Notes under the pieces: model-generated | What the model saw: the letters and a program-made list of their open reading frames with translations, nothing else | The model's database searches: none | Told to the model about the DNA's origin: nothing | Virus record (IMG/VR): IMGVR_UViG_3300025691_000011 | Strand: one strand, 5' to 3' | Source: a virus | DNA length: 40,812 nt | Made by a program: the position numbers and the translations under genes | Shown: positions 19,288 through 30,800 of the stretch, one piece after another | How positions within the stretch are numbered: position 1 is the first letter of the stretch | How the letters are laid out: each line of letters starts with the position of its first letter

Positions 19288-19917
19288 TTACTTACTTTTA
19301 TTTGCTATTTGTTGTAATAGTTCAAGAATACCACCCTTACCGCTGTTATCAGCTTTATCCATTCCCATAACATACCCTGCAATATTATCAACAGAACTAT
19401 GTGCATTTTGATTTCCCGCTTGTATCATTGCTTTTGCCTTATTTGATGCTTCTAAGAATGGAGTTAATACATTATTATTCCATTGTTGTTGTTGATAATT
19501 AGCTTTCTGCCCTAATGTATTAATTAACTGATTATAATCATTTTGCTTTTGTGATGCACTTTGCATATCTAAATTATTCAATTTATCTTGTGCTTGTGCA
19601 TTTGCAATATTATAAGCTAATAATGCATCCATACCACTACCTGCCGTTTGTTGTATATTCTGAATTGAATTAGCAGTATTATTATTTATACTATCTTTCA
19701 TCTTATCATAACCAACCATATTCGGGTTAAGATACTTACTTCTAACCAACCCCTCTGTTTCATTAAATGCCTCTGGAGTTTCCATAATAGGTCTGCCTTG
19801 TGCATCTAATTTACGTTGTAAAGCCTTTCCCTCTTGTACTTGTTGTATGCCCTGTATCATTCCTGCTAAAGAATTTACAGCTCCTATTGCACCTCCTGCT
19901 ATGTTAAATGGGTTCAT
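19288..19917 (-). CDS. Putative small ejection protein (209 aa)
   Basis: Gly/Ala-rich hydrophobic N-terminus MNPFNIAGGAIGAVNSLAGMIQG followed by Q/N/A-rich helices. Confidence 0.65.
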   Translation of the reverse strand: MNPFNIAGGAIGAVNSLAGMIQGIQQVQEGKALQRKLDAQGRPIMETPEAFNETEGLVRSKYLNPNMVGYDKMKDSINNNTANSIQNIQQTAGSGMDALLAYNIANAQAQDKLNNLDMQSASQKQNDYNQLINTLGQKANYQQQQWNNNVLTPFLEASNKAKAMIQAGNQNAHSSVDNIAGYVMGMDKADNSGKGGILELLQQIANKSK

Positions 19918-19961
19918 TGTGATAAAATTTATATAGTAAAACTAATTATTTTTTTTTAAAT

Positions 19962-20654
19962 TTGGTAATACTTTTAAATAATATGAGTAATATGAAGACA
20001 AAAAAAGGAAGAGGAGGTGTATCATATAGTTATCTTGAACGTGATAGAAACCTAACAACATCATTTAATGAGTATTCAGATGAGGAGTTAATACAACTTA
20101 GGACTTTAATGTATAATATCGGAGGAGCTGGCGTTGTAGCTTATGAATTATATAAACTTGATAATAAATTACTTGATAATACCCGAACAATAGTAGAATT
20201 TAATACCGTATCAGTTAATAATTCAAATAATATAAAGATATTAACAAGAGAGGAGATAAATAATTTGATATACAAGGATAATAATACAAAAATAAAGATA
20301 CTTCATACACACGTAAAAGAGGTATCAACAAGGGTTAGGTATGAGAAAAGTCCATTATTAAAACATTCGTATGTTAAAAAAGTTCATATATCATTAAATC
20401 CAAAAAAGACCAATAAAGATACAATTAAGGTAATTAGAATAATCAACCGGCTTGCAAATACTTTAAGTACAAGCAAGGAAAGAAACTCAATAATAGTATC
20501 AAATTTATTAACTCCAAAGAAAAACGAGAAAATAACAAAGGTTCAAGAGAAAGAAGTTGAAATAATTAAAAAAACAAAAGAAATAGTTAATGAGGTAGAA
20601 AAGGAAATAGTTAATGAGGTAAAAAAAATAGACTTTTTATCAGATTTTTTTTAA
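19962..20654 (+). CDS. Hypothetical protein, antisense to the structural operon (up to 230 aa; true start may be ATG near 19983-19993)
   Basis: Only long ORF in this gap; possible -7 element TAAATTTG at 19957-19964; C-terminal repeat KEIVNEV x2. Confidence 0.65.
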   Translation: MVILLNNMSNMKTKKGRGGVSYSYLERDRNLTTSFNEYSDEELIQLRTLMYNIGGAGVVAYELYKLDNKLLDNTRTIVEFNTVSVNNSNNIKILTREEINNLIYKDNNTKIKILHTHVKEVSTRVRYEKSPLLKHSYVKKVHISLNPKKTNKDTIKVIRIINRLANTLSTSKERNSIIVSNLLTPKKNEKITKVQEKEVEIIKKTKEIVNEVEKEIVNEVKKIDFLSDFF

Positions 20655-23600
20655 AAATTACTTCTTCCCTTATACTCACCATATATATTTACGGCATATA
20701 GTATAGTTTCCTTATCGCTATCATTTTCTAAATGCAATAATAATACCTCCCCAATAAGTGGTAATCCTAATATTAAAGGATTTTGAATATTAGGAGTATT
20801 AATATCAAACATAAAAGGTGCATAAAAAACTCCTTGTTTGCGTACAATCATATTACTCGGTGTTCTGCTTTTTATTTCCCTAAATGCTCTTGGATTTATT
20901 ACTTCTACATTCGGATTTAACCATTTGTCGGTGGCTTCAACACTCCAATTAGTAAAGTTCTTAGTTTCACTATTAGCAATATTCATTACAACCAATACCT
21001 CACTTTTATATTTCTTACCAAAGAAATTACCGAATGAGTTATTATCTCCACTTTCCAATAGATGTAGTTCGGCATTATTAAAACCTATTATCCTACTCGA
21101 TAATGAACTAAATACATTAGGAACACAATCTCTATTACCTACCCATGCTTTATTTTCGTCATCATAAACATAAGAAAAACTATTTATACTAATATCAAAA
21201 TTGAATTTATCAAATATTTTAAATTTATTATCTAATATTCCAATATTTGAAGTAGCATAATATGATAATATTCCATTATTTATTTCTGTATCTGTTGGTA
21301 TCCTATATAAACCGCTTAGATTATTAGCGTTGTCCCCATTCTTTATATCTACTCCATTTATGTTGACTACAATCTCTTTATTTTCATTATCATATATTCC
21401 ATTTATATTAATTATTCTATTTAATATATCTAATGGTATTATACTTAATTTTCTACTTAATTCTTTAAAGATGCTATCTACTTTTTTTGAAACTCTATAT
21501 CTTTCATCATAACCCGATATATTATTTACTCCTGATTGTGGGTAGTACTCAATTACAGCACCATTTATTGCATCATAAAAAACACAACTTGATATACATT
21601 CAAAATATGAACTTGGTGTAATGCATCCAAAACCACCTGAGAGATAATTAACATCTGATAATATAGAACTCGGAGCAGATAATGCAAAATTAGAACTATC
21701 CAATTTAACGTTTGCTTTCCCTATATATCTTGTACTGCATTTCCGCTCTTGTGCTATAAATAGAATATCTTTAAAATTAGATAGTATTGTTATTGAGCCA
21801 AAATTATTATCTCCTGTAACTTGTTGTTCCGTATCAAATCTGCGTATGTTGTTTATATTGCTATCGGTTAATATGGTATCTCCGTATCTAATGGTAGCTA
21901 AACGCCTTAATTGCTTATAATCTGAATTTATAAAATCACTCCTGCCAATATCACATACCCTATCAGAAGTAGCATCGTTACACGTATTATCTTCTACTAT
22001 TTTAACAGTAGATTTTTCTGTTATATTATTATTTTTAGTATTCTTATGATATGCATACATCTTTCTACTTCTTCGGTATGCATCGCCGGTATTTAATGTG
22101 ATTTCCTTATGCTCCCATTCCCGATTATAATTGTACGGATTTATTGCTTTTATATATTCTGATGTTTCAAAGAATTGTTTATCTTTTACTTGTTGTTTCT
22201 GTCTAAATATCTCAACTATAACCCCTTGCTTTAGTTCCCCTAATGCATCTATATTATCAATTACATAATAATTTCCTCTTTGCTCTTTTATTGCTACCTC
22301 GATAAAGTCATACATTTGCCCTTTGTTATCATATATAAACCTTAGTTTATCGCCTTTCTCGAACATCCACCCTTGCTTAGAGTTTGAATTTCTTTTTTGA
22401 TACTCAATAAAAGAAGTTCCCAAATCTAAATAAATCTCATTTGCATTATGATTATCAAAGGTAGTTTCTACTGGCTCTGCCGTAACCTCTTTTGTTGTTG
22501 GGTTAACTACTTCTGCATAATTTATAACATACTTAACATCAGAAACTATTGTATGCACATAATTCATGTAAACCTGCCCTTGTGTTCTCAATACATACAT
22601 ACTAACTGCCCAAATAGGTGGTGTAGATTTTGGCTTTATTTTCAAGGTAAAATATCCTATTGCTTTCTGTGTGTTTGTTATTGTATTGCCGTCTGTATCA
22701 GTCGTTAAATTAGGAAAATAATCATGAATATACTCCGTTGTAAATGGTAATCTAATTCTATGCTTATTCGGATTATGGATAACAGTACTTTTCCTTAATG
22801 CCCTATCCATTAATGTAACTCCAATATCGTAAGTATCACCATTTTTTAAATATAAATTTGTGGTAATATTTGAATAATCTAATAATGTTTGAATATCCCC
22901 TAAATCATATTGATTGTCATTATTGTAATTATTTTCACCTAATACTATATTAACCGCTCTCACCTCGCTTACGTTATTGCAATTAACCCCACGCATTATT
23001 AAAAGCGTATCGAGTTTATTTTCATATTCATTACTATTTGAGTACAATAATATTCCAAACTCCCCATTTATATCGGTAGTATCATATCTATTTGTGCCTA
23101 AAGCTGTAACATTTATTCCCGAAATAGGTATCCCATTAACATCGACCAACCTACCCTTAACTATTGTTCTTCTTTCTTTACTTATAATATTATCTAATAT
23201 GTTATATGGTAATATATAGTTATTTACAGCTCCTTTAGGGAAATAATTCTCACCACTTCCATTTCTATTTAAGTTTGTTTCTACGCACGTACCTGCATTT
23301 AATTGTGATAATGTACCTTTATATATTTTCCCTTGTTTATCGCCTATTACTGTAAGGTTTCCATGTGTATCGGAGTATGTAGGCATACCTATTGTATGCT
23401 TTAAGGTGGCATTTGGAAGTCTATCTTTATAGGCAAACATATAGTTTACAGTTGCTATGCTTGTATTTAAGTACCTTGTTTCGCATATTTTCCAAAAGTA
23501 CCCATTATAGTCTGTTAATGTAGAATGGTTGCGTATATCCGTTGCTACGTGTTTTCTAATATCAATACAAGTGTGTTCAATTCTTTGTCCTTTTGCTATC

Positions 23601-25636
23601 TCTGATTGTGTTGTGCTTGTGCTATCAATAACATAGCCTTGTACCAATGCGCCTTGTTCAGCACCATTTACCATTAAGTCCGAATTGCACACCGTGAATA
23701 TAGGCTCATCGGTGATTTGAACTCCATTTGCTATCGTGATAGTTGCTTCAAATAGATTTATTACTCCATTTGTTGCTAATATATTTGTGGAGGTATTTTG
23801 CCACTCTAAGCCATTGCTAATATCATAAGCATTTCCCTTTCCTAATTTATCATCACTACCAACCCAATGTGAGGCAACCCTAACGATATAAATACCGTCT
23901 TTAAGTCCCGATAATTCAAACTTCTGCTGTATTTTAGGTTTTTTTGTTTTTATTATATTTGCTAATTTATGATTATTTGTTTCGCTTGTACATGATATAA
24001 TACCTGTGTCTTTATCTATGTTGTCAATACCATACCCACTTGGTATAATCTGTTTAGTAATTGTATATTTATCTGTTCCTGCTATATACACTATGAAACC
24101 ATTATTAGACATATAATATCCGCAATTATCCGCAATTCCATTATGTAAGGACGGTTGTGGATTTTCTACATACGGAGAGAATAGAAATTTATCTGTATTT
24201 TCTTGTGTTTTAATAATAGGGATATAAAAATCCTTTAAATCAATCTCGTCTGATATTATTTGTCTTATATCAATATACCCTGTTATCTTGCCATTATAAT
24301 TTTCTATTTTTTCTCTATTATGATATTCTACATCGACATCAAAATCAAAACAATCAGTATTATAATTCTCTGTTGGAGTACCAACTATTAACCTATTATC
24401 TATTGCCGATAGTGTTTCACATACCAAAGGAATGGCATCGTATTGCTTTATTTTATCGTCATATTCTGATACTGCTGATGCTGTTATGTTATTATAAAAA
24501 TTATATACCTGTTTACCGATAGGTATATCACATTGTTTTATGTTAGCGAATGAATACAACCCACCGGTATTAGTATTTCTATAACCTAATACCACTTCCT
24601 TTACAAGATGCAGTTGTGATATATCATTAAATGCATTAAATACATAATCTGTATAATCAATTTCTACTAAATTACTTGTACTCGAACATTCATCGTAGGT
24701 ATTTATAACCTTACTCCATGCACTCCATGCACTACTATTATTATCAAAATAAACAATCTTAACCCTAAATTGCCATGAATTATCGGATAGAAAATTTGCT
24801 TTTATTTTTTTATCTTTTTTCAAAGCCACTAACGGGGCATTTGGTTGAGGATAACAAACTAAATCAATCTGTCTTTCATGGTGCTTTAAAGGATAAAAAT
24901 TAATAGGCACTATCCTTAATTTGTCTGATGTAGTATCTATAAAACAAGTATTCGGCTCTTTTTCTGTTAGCTGTATAGAACATCCGCATTTATTTATATC
25001 AAAGTAATTATTTAATATATTATTTGAACTTATAATATCTTCTGATACCCCGTTGTAAGTATTTATTATTTGTCCATTATACTTAAATGTAAATACATCG
25101 AAAGAAGTAATATCTTTTGCTATTTGTTGTATTTCAAAGATTTTATTCTTCTTATAATCGAGAGCTTTGTTTATATCTAAAAATCTTGGTGAGTTGTATC
25201 TATCTGTAAAGAATAGGTATTTATTCTGTATTATTTTAACACAAGTATTGTCAATTTTATAATATTTGTGAAAGCCTAATACTAAGTTTTTAATATCATC
25301 ATTGTATAGTAACTGTATAGGTTCTTCAAATTCAGGGTTGTATATATATACGCCATGATTATGATTGCTATTCCAATTAAAGAACACTATAAACCTTTTA
25401 TTTTCGCTTGTAATAGCACCTAAACAAACATTATCTCCTGCAAATAAATAATTATTAGAAACTAATAAAGTACCTCTGATATTTGTTATTGCCCCCTTTG
25501 TTCTATCGGTTCTTTTCCCAATTCTAACATTAGACATATATCTAACCCCTCCATTTGGAGTATCTATATACCTAACCTCATTATCGGCATCTACAAATTT
25601 TGGTTTTATCTTTTGGCTATATTTATGTTGTCCCAT
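20651..25636 (-). CDS. Tail stabilisation / muzzle-like protein (P22 gp10-like) (1661 aa)
   Basis: Large beta-rich protein following three ring-protein-sized genes; N-terminal G.ITNIRG and beta-propeller-like segments as in crAss-like tail stabilisation proteins. Confidence 0.65.
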   Translation of the reverse strand: MGQHKYSQKIKPKFVDADNEVRYIDTPNGGVRYMSNVRIGKRTDRTKGAITNIRGTLLVSNNYLFAGDNVCLGAITSENKRFIVFFNWNSNHNHGVYIYNPEFEEPIQLLYNDDIKNLVLGFHKYYKIDNTCVKIIQNKYLFFTDRYNSPRFLDINKALDYKKNKIFEIQQIAKDITSFDVFTFKYNGQIINTYNGVSEDIISSNNILNNYFDINKCGCSIQLTEKEPNTCFIDTTSDKLRIVPINFYPLKHHERQIDLVCYPQPNAPLVALKKDKKIKANFLSDNSWQFRVKIVYFDNNSSAWSAWSKVINTYDECSSTSNLVEIDYTDYVFNAFNDISQLHLVKEVVLGYRNTNTGGLYSFANIKQCDIPIGKQVYNFYNNITASAVSEYDDKIKQYDAIPLVCETLSAIDNRLIVGTPTENYNTDCFDFDVDVEYHNREKIENYNGKITGYIDIRQIISDEIDLKDFYIPIIKTQENTDKFLFSPYVENPQPSLHNGIADNCGYYMSNNGFIVYIAGTDKYTITKQIIPSGYGIDNIDKDTGIISCTSETNNHKLANIIKTKKPKIQQKFELSGLKDGIYIVRVASHWVGSDDKLGKGNAYDISNGLEWQNTSTNILATNGVINLFEATITIANGVQITDEPIFTVCNSDLMVNGAEQGALVQGYVIDSTSTTQSEIAKGQRIEHTCIDIRKHVATDIRNHSTLTDYNGYFWKICETRYLNTSIATVNYMFAYKDRLPNATLKHTIGMPTYSDTHGNLTVIGDKQGKIYKGTLSQLNAGTCVETNLNRNGSGENYFPKGAVNNYILPYNILDNIISKERRTIVKGRLVDVNGIPISGINVTALGTNRYDTTDINGEFGILLYSNSNEYENKLDTLLIMRGVNCNNVSEVRAVNIVLGENNYNNDNQYDLGDIQTLLDYSNITTNLYLKNGDTYDIGVTLMDRALRKSTVIHNPNKHRIRLPFTTEYIHDYFPNLTTDTDGNTITNTQKAIGYFTLKIKPKSTPPIWAVSMYVLRTQGQVYMNYVHTIVSDVKYVINYAEVVNPTTKEVTAEPVETTFDNHNANEIYLDLGTSFIEYQKRNSNSKQGWMFEKGDKLRFIYDNKGQMYDFIEVAIKEQRGNYYVIDNIDALGELKQGVIVEIFRQKQQVKDKQFFETSEYIKAINPYNYNREWEHKEITLNTGDAYRRSRKMYAYHKNTKNNNITEKSTVKIVEDNTCNDATSDRVCDIGRSDFINSDYKQLRRLATIRYGDTILTDSNINNIRRFDTEQQVTGDNNFGSITILSNFKDILFIAQERKCSTRYIGKANVKLDSSNFALSAPSSILSDVNYLSGGFGCITPSSYFECISSCVFYDAINGAVIEYYPQSGVNNISGYDERYRVSKKVDSIFKELSRKLSIIPLDILNRIININGIYDNENKEIVVNINGVDIKNGDNANNLSGLYRIPTDTEINNGILSYYATSNIGILDNKFKIFDKFNFDISINSFSYVYDDENKAWVGNRDCVPNVFSSLSSRIIGFNNAELHLLESGDNNSFGNFFGKKYKSEVLVVMNIANSETKNFTNWSVEATDKWLNPNVEVINPRAFREIKSRTPSNMIVRKQGVFYAPFMFDINTPNIQNPLILGLPLIGEVLLLHLENDSDKETILYAVNIYGEYKGRSNF

Positions 25637-25638
25637 AT

Positions 25639-26421
25639 TTATCTTCCTAAATTAGCTACATTAATACTTGACATTTCAGACTTCAGCATATCTAAGATGC
25701 TTGTCATTACATCTTGCATTGTTAATAAGTCTTTTTTTCTTGTATATTCTGATTTGTATAAATTTATTAATCCTATTGGTATTGATTTATCGAAAAAAGA
25801 TACTTTCCATTGAATACCGTATTTTACTACATCCTTTAATTTATTTGGTATCTCAATACCTCCACAATTCATATCTAAGTCTGATTTATATTGCAATACT
25901 AATTTATAAGGAGCGCATACGCTATTTATAAAAATCCTACCTTTTTCAATCTTAAAAAAACCCTTACTTGTGTATGCCGGCATAGTATATATCGGCTCTA
26001 AGTCATTATTATTATATCGAATATTATTCCAATAATAATAACTATTATACCCTTGCGGAACTCCACCATTTATAATGCAATTACAATCAGTTTCTAATCC
26101 CTTAGCATCAATTTTTTTTACATCGCAAAAATTATCTGTAACCTCTCTTGTGCATATTGTACTATCATAATCTAACTCTATTATTCTATCGCATACACAT
26201 AATCCTACTCTTACCCATTTAAGATAATCATTAGGCAGTTTTGCGGAGTTTGTGTTTTTATCAATATCTAACATAACACTCTTTATCGGCATAAAGCCTA
26301 AAACATTTAATTCCCCTAATATCTCTTTTCCGATTAATATATAATTAGGAATATGAACTTCGCTTTTATCAAATCTCATTAGAGAAACTTCTTTTGCTAT
26401 CTTATATAACGTTGTATGCAT
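25639..26421 (-). CDS. Tail ring/tubular protein (260 aa)
   Basis: AKLPNDYLKWVRVG motif, size and position between ring paralogues and the stabilisation protein. Confidence 0.6.
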   Translation of the reverse strand: MHTTLYKIAKEVSLMRFDKSEVHIPNYILIGKEILGELNVLGFMPIKSVMLDIDKNTNSAKLPNDYLKWVRVGLCVCDRIIELDYDSTICTREVTDNFCDVKKIDAKGLETDCNCIINGGVPQGYNSYYYWNNIRYNNNDLEPIYTMPAYTSKGFFKIEKGRIFINSVCAPYKLVLQYKSDLDMNCGGIEIPNKLKDVVKYGIQWKVSFFDKSIPIGLINLYKSEYTRKKDLLTMQDVMTSILDMLKSEMSSINVANLGR

Positions 26422-27077
26422 TAGCTTATATTATTATTTTTATTATCCATTATCTTATCCTCTTGCGCTTGGTCTTGTGGTACAAACCAATTATATGTTT
26501 CTTGCATTAACTGATATAATAACTCTTGCTTTATCGGTATTACATCGTTTATATTGTAATTACTACTATCTGTATTTTGTATCATTCTAACCCTTAATCG
26601 CTCTACACAATCTTCTAAATTAAAAAATATTAATCTATCTTCGGTATTGCTATCGCCACAATTCTGTATCCTCTCATAAGTAAATATAGTAGCATCTATT
26701 TCATTTAATATCCCTAAACTTTTATATGAACTTACTTTATTAACATCTATATATATAAAATCTACAAATCTATCTTTTATATATTCTACTTTTGGAATTG
26801 ATGCTCCCATTAATAACATAGGCGGATTTGGTAATATTACATAACCCTCTTTTACGTTATCATCCCTATATACATTACAGATAATAGTAGTTATTAAATT
26901 GGCATCAATAGCATTTAATGTAAGTTGATAACTTTCTATATAGTCCTTTCGTATCAATAATGGTAATATTGATTTCATTACCATAAATACTTCTTCTTCT
27001 TTAATTTGATAATTATCGGTTACATCACCGCCTGCTAATTTTCGTAATACTAATTCTATCGCTTCTATATATTTCAT
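26421..27077 (-). CDS. Tail ring/tubular protein (218 aa)
   Basis: Coupled to both neighbours; N-terminal helix pair and beta-sandwich with ILPNPP motif. Confidence 0.55.
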   Translation of the reverse strand: MKYIEAIELVLRKLAGGDVTDNYQIKEEEVFMVMKSILPLLIRKDYIESYQLTLNAIDANLITTIICNVYRDDNVKEGYVILPNPPMLLMGASIPKVEYIKDRFVDFIYIDVNKVSSYKSLGILNEIDATIFTYERIQNCGDSNTEDRLIFFNLEDCVERLRVRMIQNTDSSNYNINDVIPIKQELLYQLMQETYNWFVPQDQAQEDKIMDNKNNNIS

Positions 27078-27868
27078 TGACCTGTATTTATTCGTTGTTC
27101 AGATAATTGCACTCCATTATTATCGCTAATATACCAACTGTACTCCTTTACCATTCTTGCTACTATATCAGATATTAGCATTTCGTCAAATTCAATATGC
27201 TTGCTTTCACTTTCATTATACTCAAATGTATCATTATTTTCATCATATATAAAAGCCCATTTTGAAATATTTGGTCTTTTTAAATAATCTATTTCTATAT
27301 ATGATACATTTTCTGATACTTCTTGTGGTATGAATATACGCCAACCATTCTCAAACGGCAAATACATGGATGTTCTTTTTATAATAACGCTATTTGCTCT
27401 ATTTGACCATTTATCCTCTTCTACTAACTCAAATTTACCATAGTATTTATAGTAAACTGTTTTCCCTTTTACTTCTTCTGAAACCTTTTTACAGCCACAT
27501 CCACTTACTGCATTTATCCCTTTTGCATCTGTTGATTTTAGTGTAATGTAATATCTAACACTTGTTTCGTAGTACAAATCTGACGGTAGTAAATCTTTAG
27601 AAATAAAATTCTGCTGATTGTATATTGATACTATTTTTGTCTTTCTAAATGGTAATAAATCGGTATGTATCTTCTGTGTCCTTGCATACGCTACTTTCGG
27701 CATACCCGAACCAAACTCGTATTGTTCGGGTATGCCTAATCGTTCTTTATACAATGATTTTACAGCATTGTTAATAAATGTATTTAACATAGTAGGCGTA
27801 TAATTGCCTTGTTGTGGCGCATTTATTAATGTGTCAAAATTTACCTTTATATCATTTACATTTATCAT
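27074..27868 (-). CDS. Tail ring / head-tail adaptor protein, P22 gp4-like (264 aa)
   Basis: N-terminal ..YTP..LN.FIN.A helices, LPSDLYYE and YIEIDYLKRP motifs, C-terminal EFDEMLISDIV helix, like crAss-like ring proteins. Confidence 0.65.
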   Translation of the reverse strand: MINVNDIKVNFDTLINAPQQGNYTPTMLNTFINNAVKSLYKERLGIPEQYEFGSGMPKVAYARTQKIHTDLLPFRKTKIVSIYNQQNFISKDLLPSDLYYETSVRYYITLKSTDAKGINAVSGCGCKKVSEEVKGKTVYYKYYGKFELVEEDKWSNRANSVIIKRTSMYLPFENGWRIFIPQEVSENVSYIEIDYLKRPNISKWAFIYDENNDTFEYNESESKHIEFDEMLISDIVARMVKEYSWYISDNNGVQLSEQRINTGQ

Positions 27869-27872
27869 TATA

Positions 27873-30800
27873 TTACTTATTTAAGATTAATTCATTTATT
27901 TTTTTTTCTTGCTCATCAACTTTATTTGATAGTTCTTTTATTGAATTTAACAGTAAGTATATCATAGCATCGGAGTTATAACTTCTAAAATCATCAATTC
28001 CAAACTCCTTACTTATTGTAATAGCTTCGGGTAATATTTCCTCTATCTCCTGTGCAATAATTCCTATTTGTTTTATTTCGGTATTCCCAAAGCCTGCTTT
28101 TCTTTTGAACTCTATCGGATTTATTTGTTTTACTACATCTAAGCCTTTTGTAAAATTACCTATTACATCCTTACTTCTCGCATCTGATGCATTTGTAAGT
28201 CCGCTATAATATTTTATCTCTCCGAAGAACGCATTTTTATCATTCTCACCTGCTTGATATACGCCATAGCTATTTCCAAATGTTCCTGATGGTGCAGTAT
28301 AACCTCCATCTCCCTTTGCCTTTCCTATATATTGTTGCACAAACGTATCGTAGTAGTTCAATGGAGTTCCTACATCGGGATTGGCAACTATTGCATTGTT
28401 TATAAAATGTGATATATTAACTTTGTATAATGGATTATGCGAGTTTAGGTTAGTCACCATAAATACATTCGCTAATGCCCTTATTGTATTAGCATCTCCT
28501 CCTTGTTGCATTTCTAATGTTATATCAGATGTTGCATTTGGTATTGCCACTTCTATATAATCAAACCTATTGCATACATGAGAGCCATTTTTTATAGCAC
28601 TACTCGAAGATTGGTTGTCTTTTAATTCTAATGTTAATGCACTTTGAGTATGTCCTATCCCTCTGCCGTTATCTAAATATAAGTTATTTAGCTTTATTTT
28701 CGCTGTTTCTTCTATGATATTAAAACCGTCATTGCCATTGTAGTTTTCAGGCATTATATGTGAATTTAACGACTTCTGATAAGTACCCTCATTCGCCCCT
28801 CCTGTTGTATTTGAAAACGATTTTAACTCATTGAAAGTAAACTTGTAAACTCCTGCACCATTTATAGTAGTATTTTCTGTTAATGCACCTCCTAATTTTA
28901 TCTTATTAGCTGTACTTCCGTCACCACTTATCCCATTTATTGTATTAATTGAAGTAATAGCATTACAAATGGCACTCATTAACTTGTTTTTCTTCTGTGT
29001 TTCATTATCAGTATTTAATATACCTAAACAAATTGGTATTGTAGTTCCATCAAACCATGAAATTGAAACATCTGTTAATGAAAATAAAGTAGGTGTTTCA
29101 TAGGTAGTAGTACCACATAAACCACCACTTTGTGACGCTGTTGTAATAGACATCAATATCCTAACTTTTGCCCATGTGCTTAAAATTGGAACTGGTGAAG
29201 TCCAAATAGTTGGATTTGTAGATGTATTACCACTTACAGAATATGAATTTAATATATTATTACTATTATCTAATATATAAATATTAAATTGTTTAGCCGT
29301 TAATACATTTGTTCCAATATCACTTTGGTTAGATATAGCTATTTGTAGATTTGTTCCAACGGAGTATATGGATGCATTATAAGACGGTGTTACGGTCGAA
29401 CATGAAAATGCTTGTACTGGATTTACTATTATTGTTAGCGTTGCATTGCTTGTCTGATTATGTTGGTCTGTTATTTTGTAAGTTACAACATCTGTACCTA
29501 CCCAATTTGGATTAGGGGAATAAGTTATCGTTTTATTATCACCCATAACGGTTGCTGTTCCATTTATTGCTTGTGTTACTATCGTAACAGTTACATCAGA
29601 ACTAAAGAAATCATTAGAAGTAACATTATATGATTTAGAATTATTTATTTGTGTTGTAATAATATCATTATGTGCTTCTGGTTCTTTATTTATATCAGTC
29701 ATCAAACTACATAAAGTATCTAAAATAAATTGATATTTATCCTTGCTTGTTCCTGTATTCGGGAAACCCTTACTTGTTAAACACGCAGTATTTAAACCGT
29801 CTAACCATGATGAACTTAATATATTCGATATTGTTGTATTTATTGTATTAATATCTGAATTTATATTATTAATAGCATTATTAATTTGTGTTAAGTGGTT
29901 ATTAATATAATTAATAATACTACTTGGGTCAAATTCGCTACCGCCTGAACTTCCGCACATACCGCTAATCCACCCATTTTTATCCGAACAGTCGCAGTCG
30001 CATTTACAATCACCTATTATGGCTTTTATATTTTTAATGTAATCATTCGAGAGGTCTGTATTTCCGCATCCATTAAAGAAATTATAAAATACAATATATC
30101 TCATTATTGCATTTAATTTATCTTTTAATATATCTGCTTCGTGTTTATCGCATCCACACAACTCATTGTATTTATCATTCATCTTTTCGATACCACATTT
30201 TATATCACATATCGTATCGCAATCGGCATTAACAGAATAACTACCGTTTAATGTTTGTTGTATCTTATACACATCATCGATAATTGTATTTCTCTTAGTT
30301 TGTACAGTTGAAGTATATACCCCCGTTGCTAATCTGTTATCTAAATAATCCTTTAATGTTGTTACCACATCAGCTTCATTCACATCAGCAGGATAATGTA
30401 TTGTATGGCTATAACTCAACTCCTCTGTATTGCTGTAATCGGTTGTATCTATACTCTTAAATGTAGCACATAAACATTCGGGATATTGGGATATTTTAAT
30501 CTTTGTTTTTTTGTATGATATATCTTTTTTAAATATATACTCTTTATATTCTATATTTAACCCTTGCTTATATGCAACCATAACAGAAACGGTGTACATA
30601 CCGTTTATAAAGCATTTTTTATTATCTACTAAGAAGTCCGCTATTGCACTTACTCCTAATTTAGTTTTATAATTAAATGGAGTTGTTTTTGTTATATCAT
30701 TATTTAATGATGTTGGGATATTGTAGTAACTCGGCATATATAATAATGATACTGGAGTTTCTATTTTAACCGCCATAGCGACATCGTTACTATTTATCCC

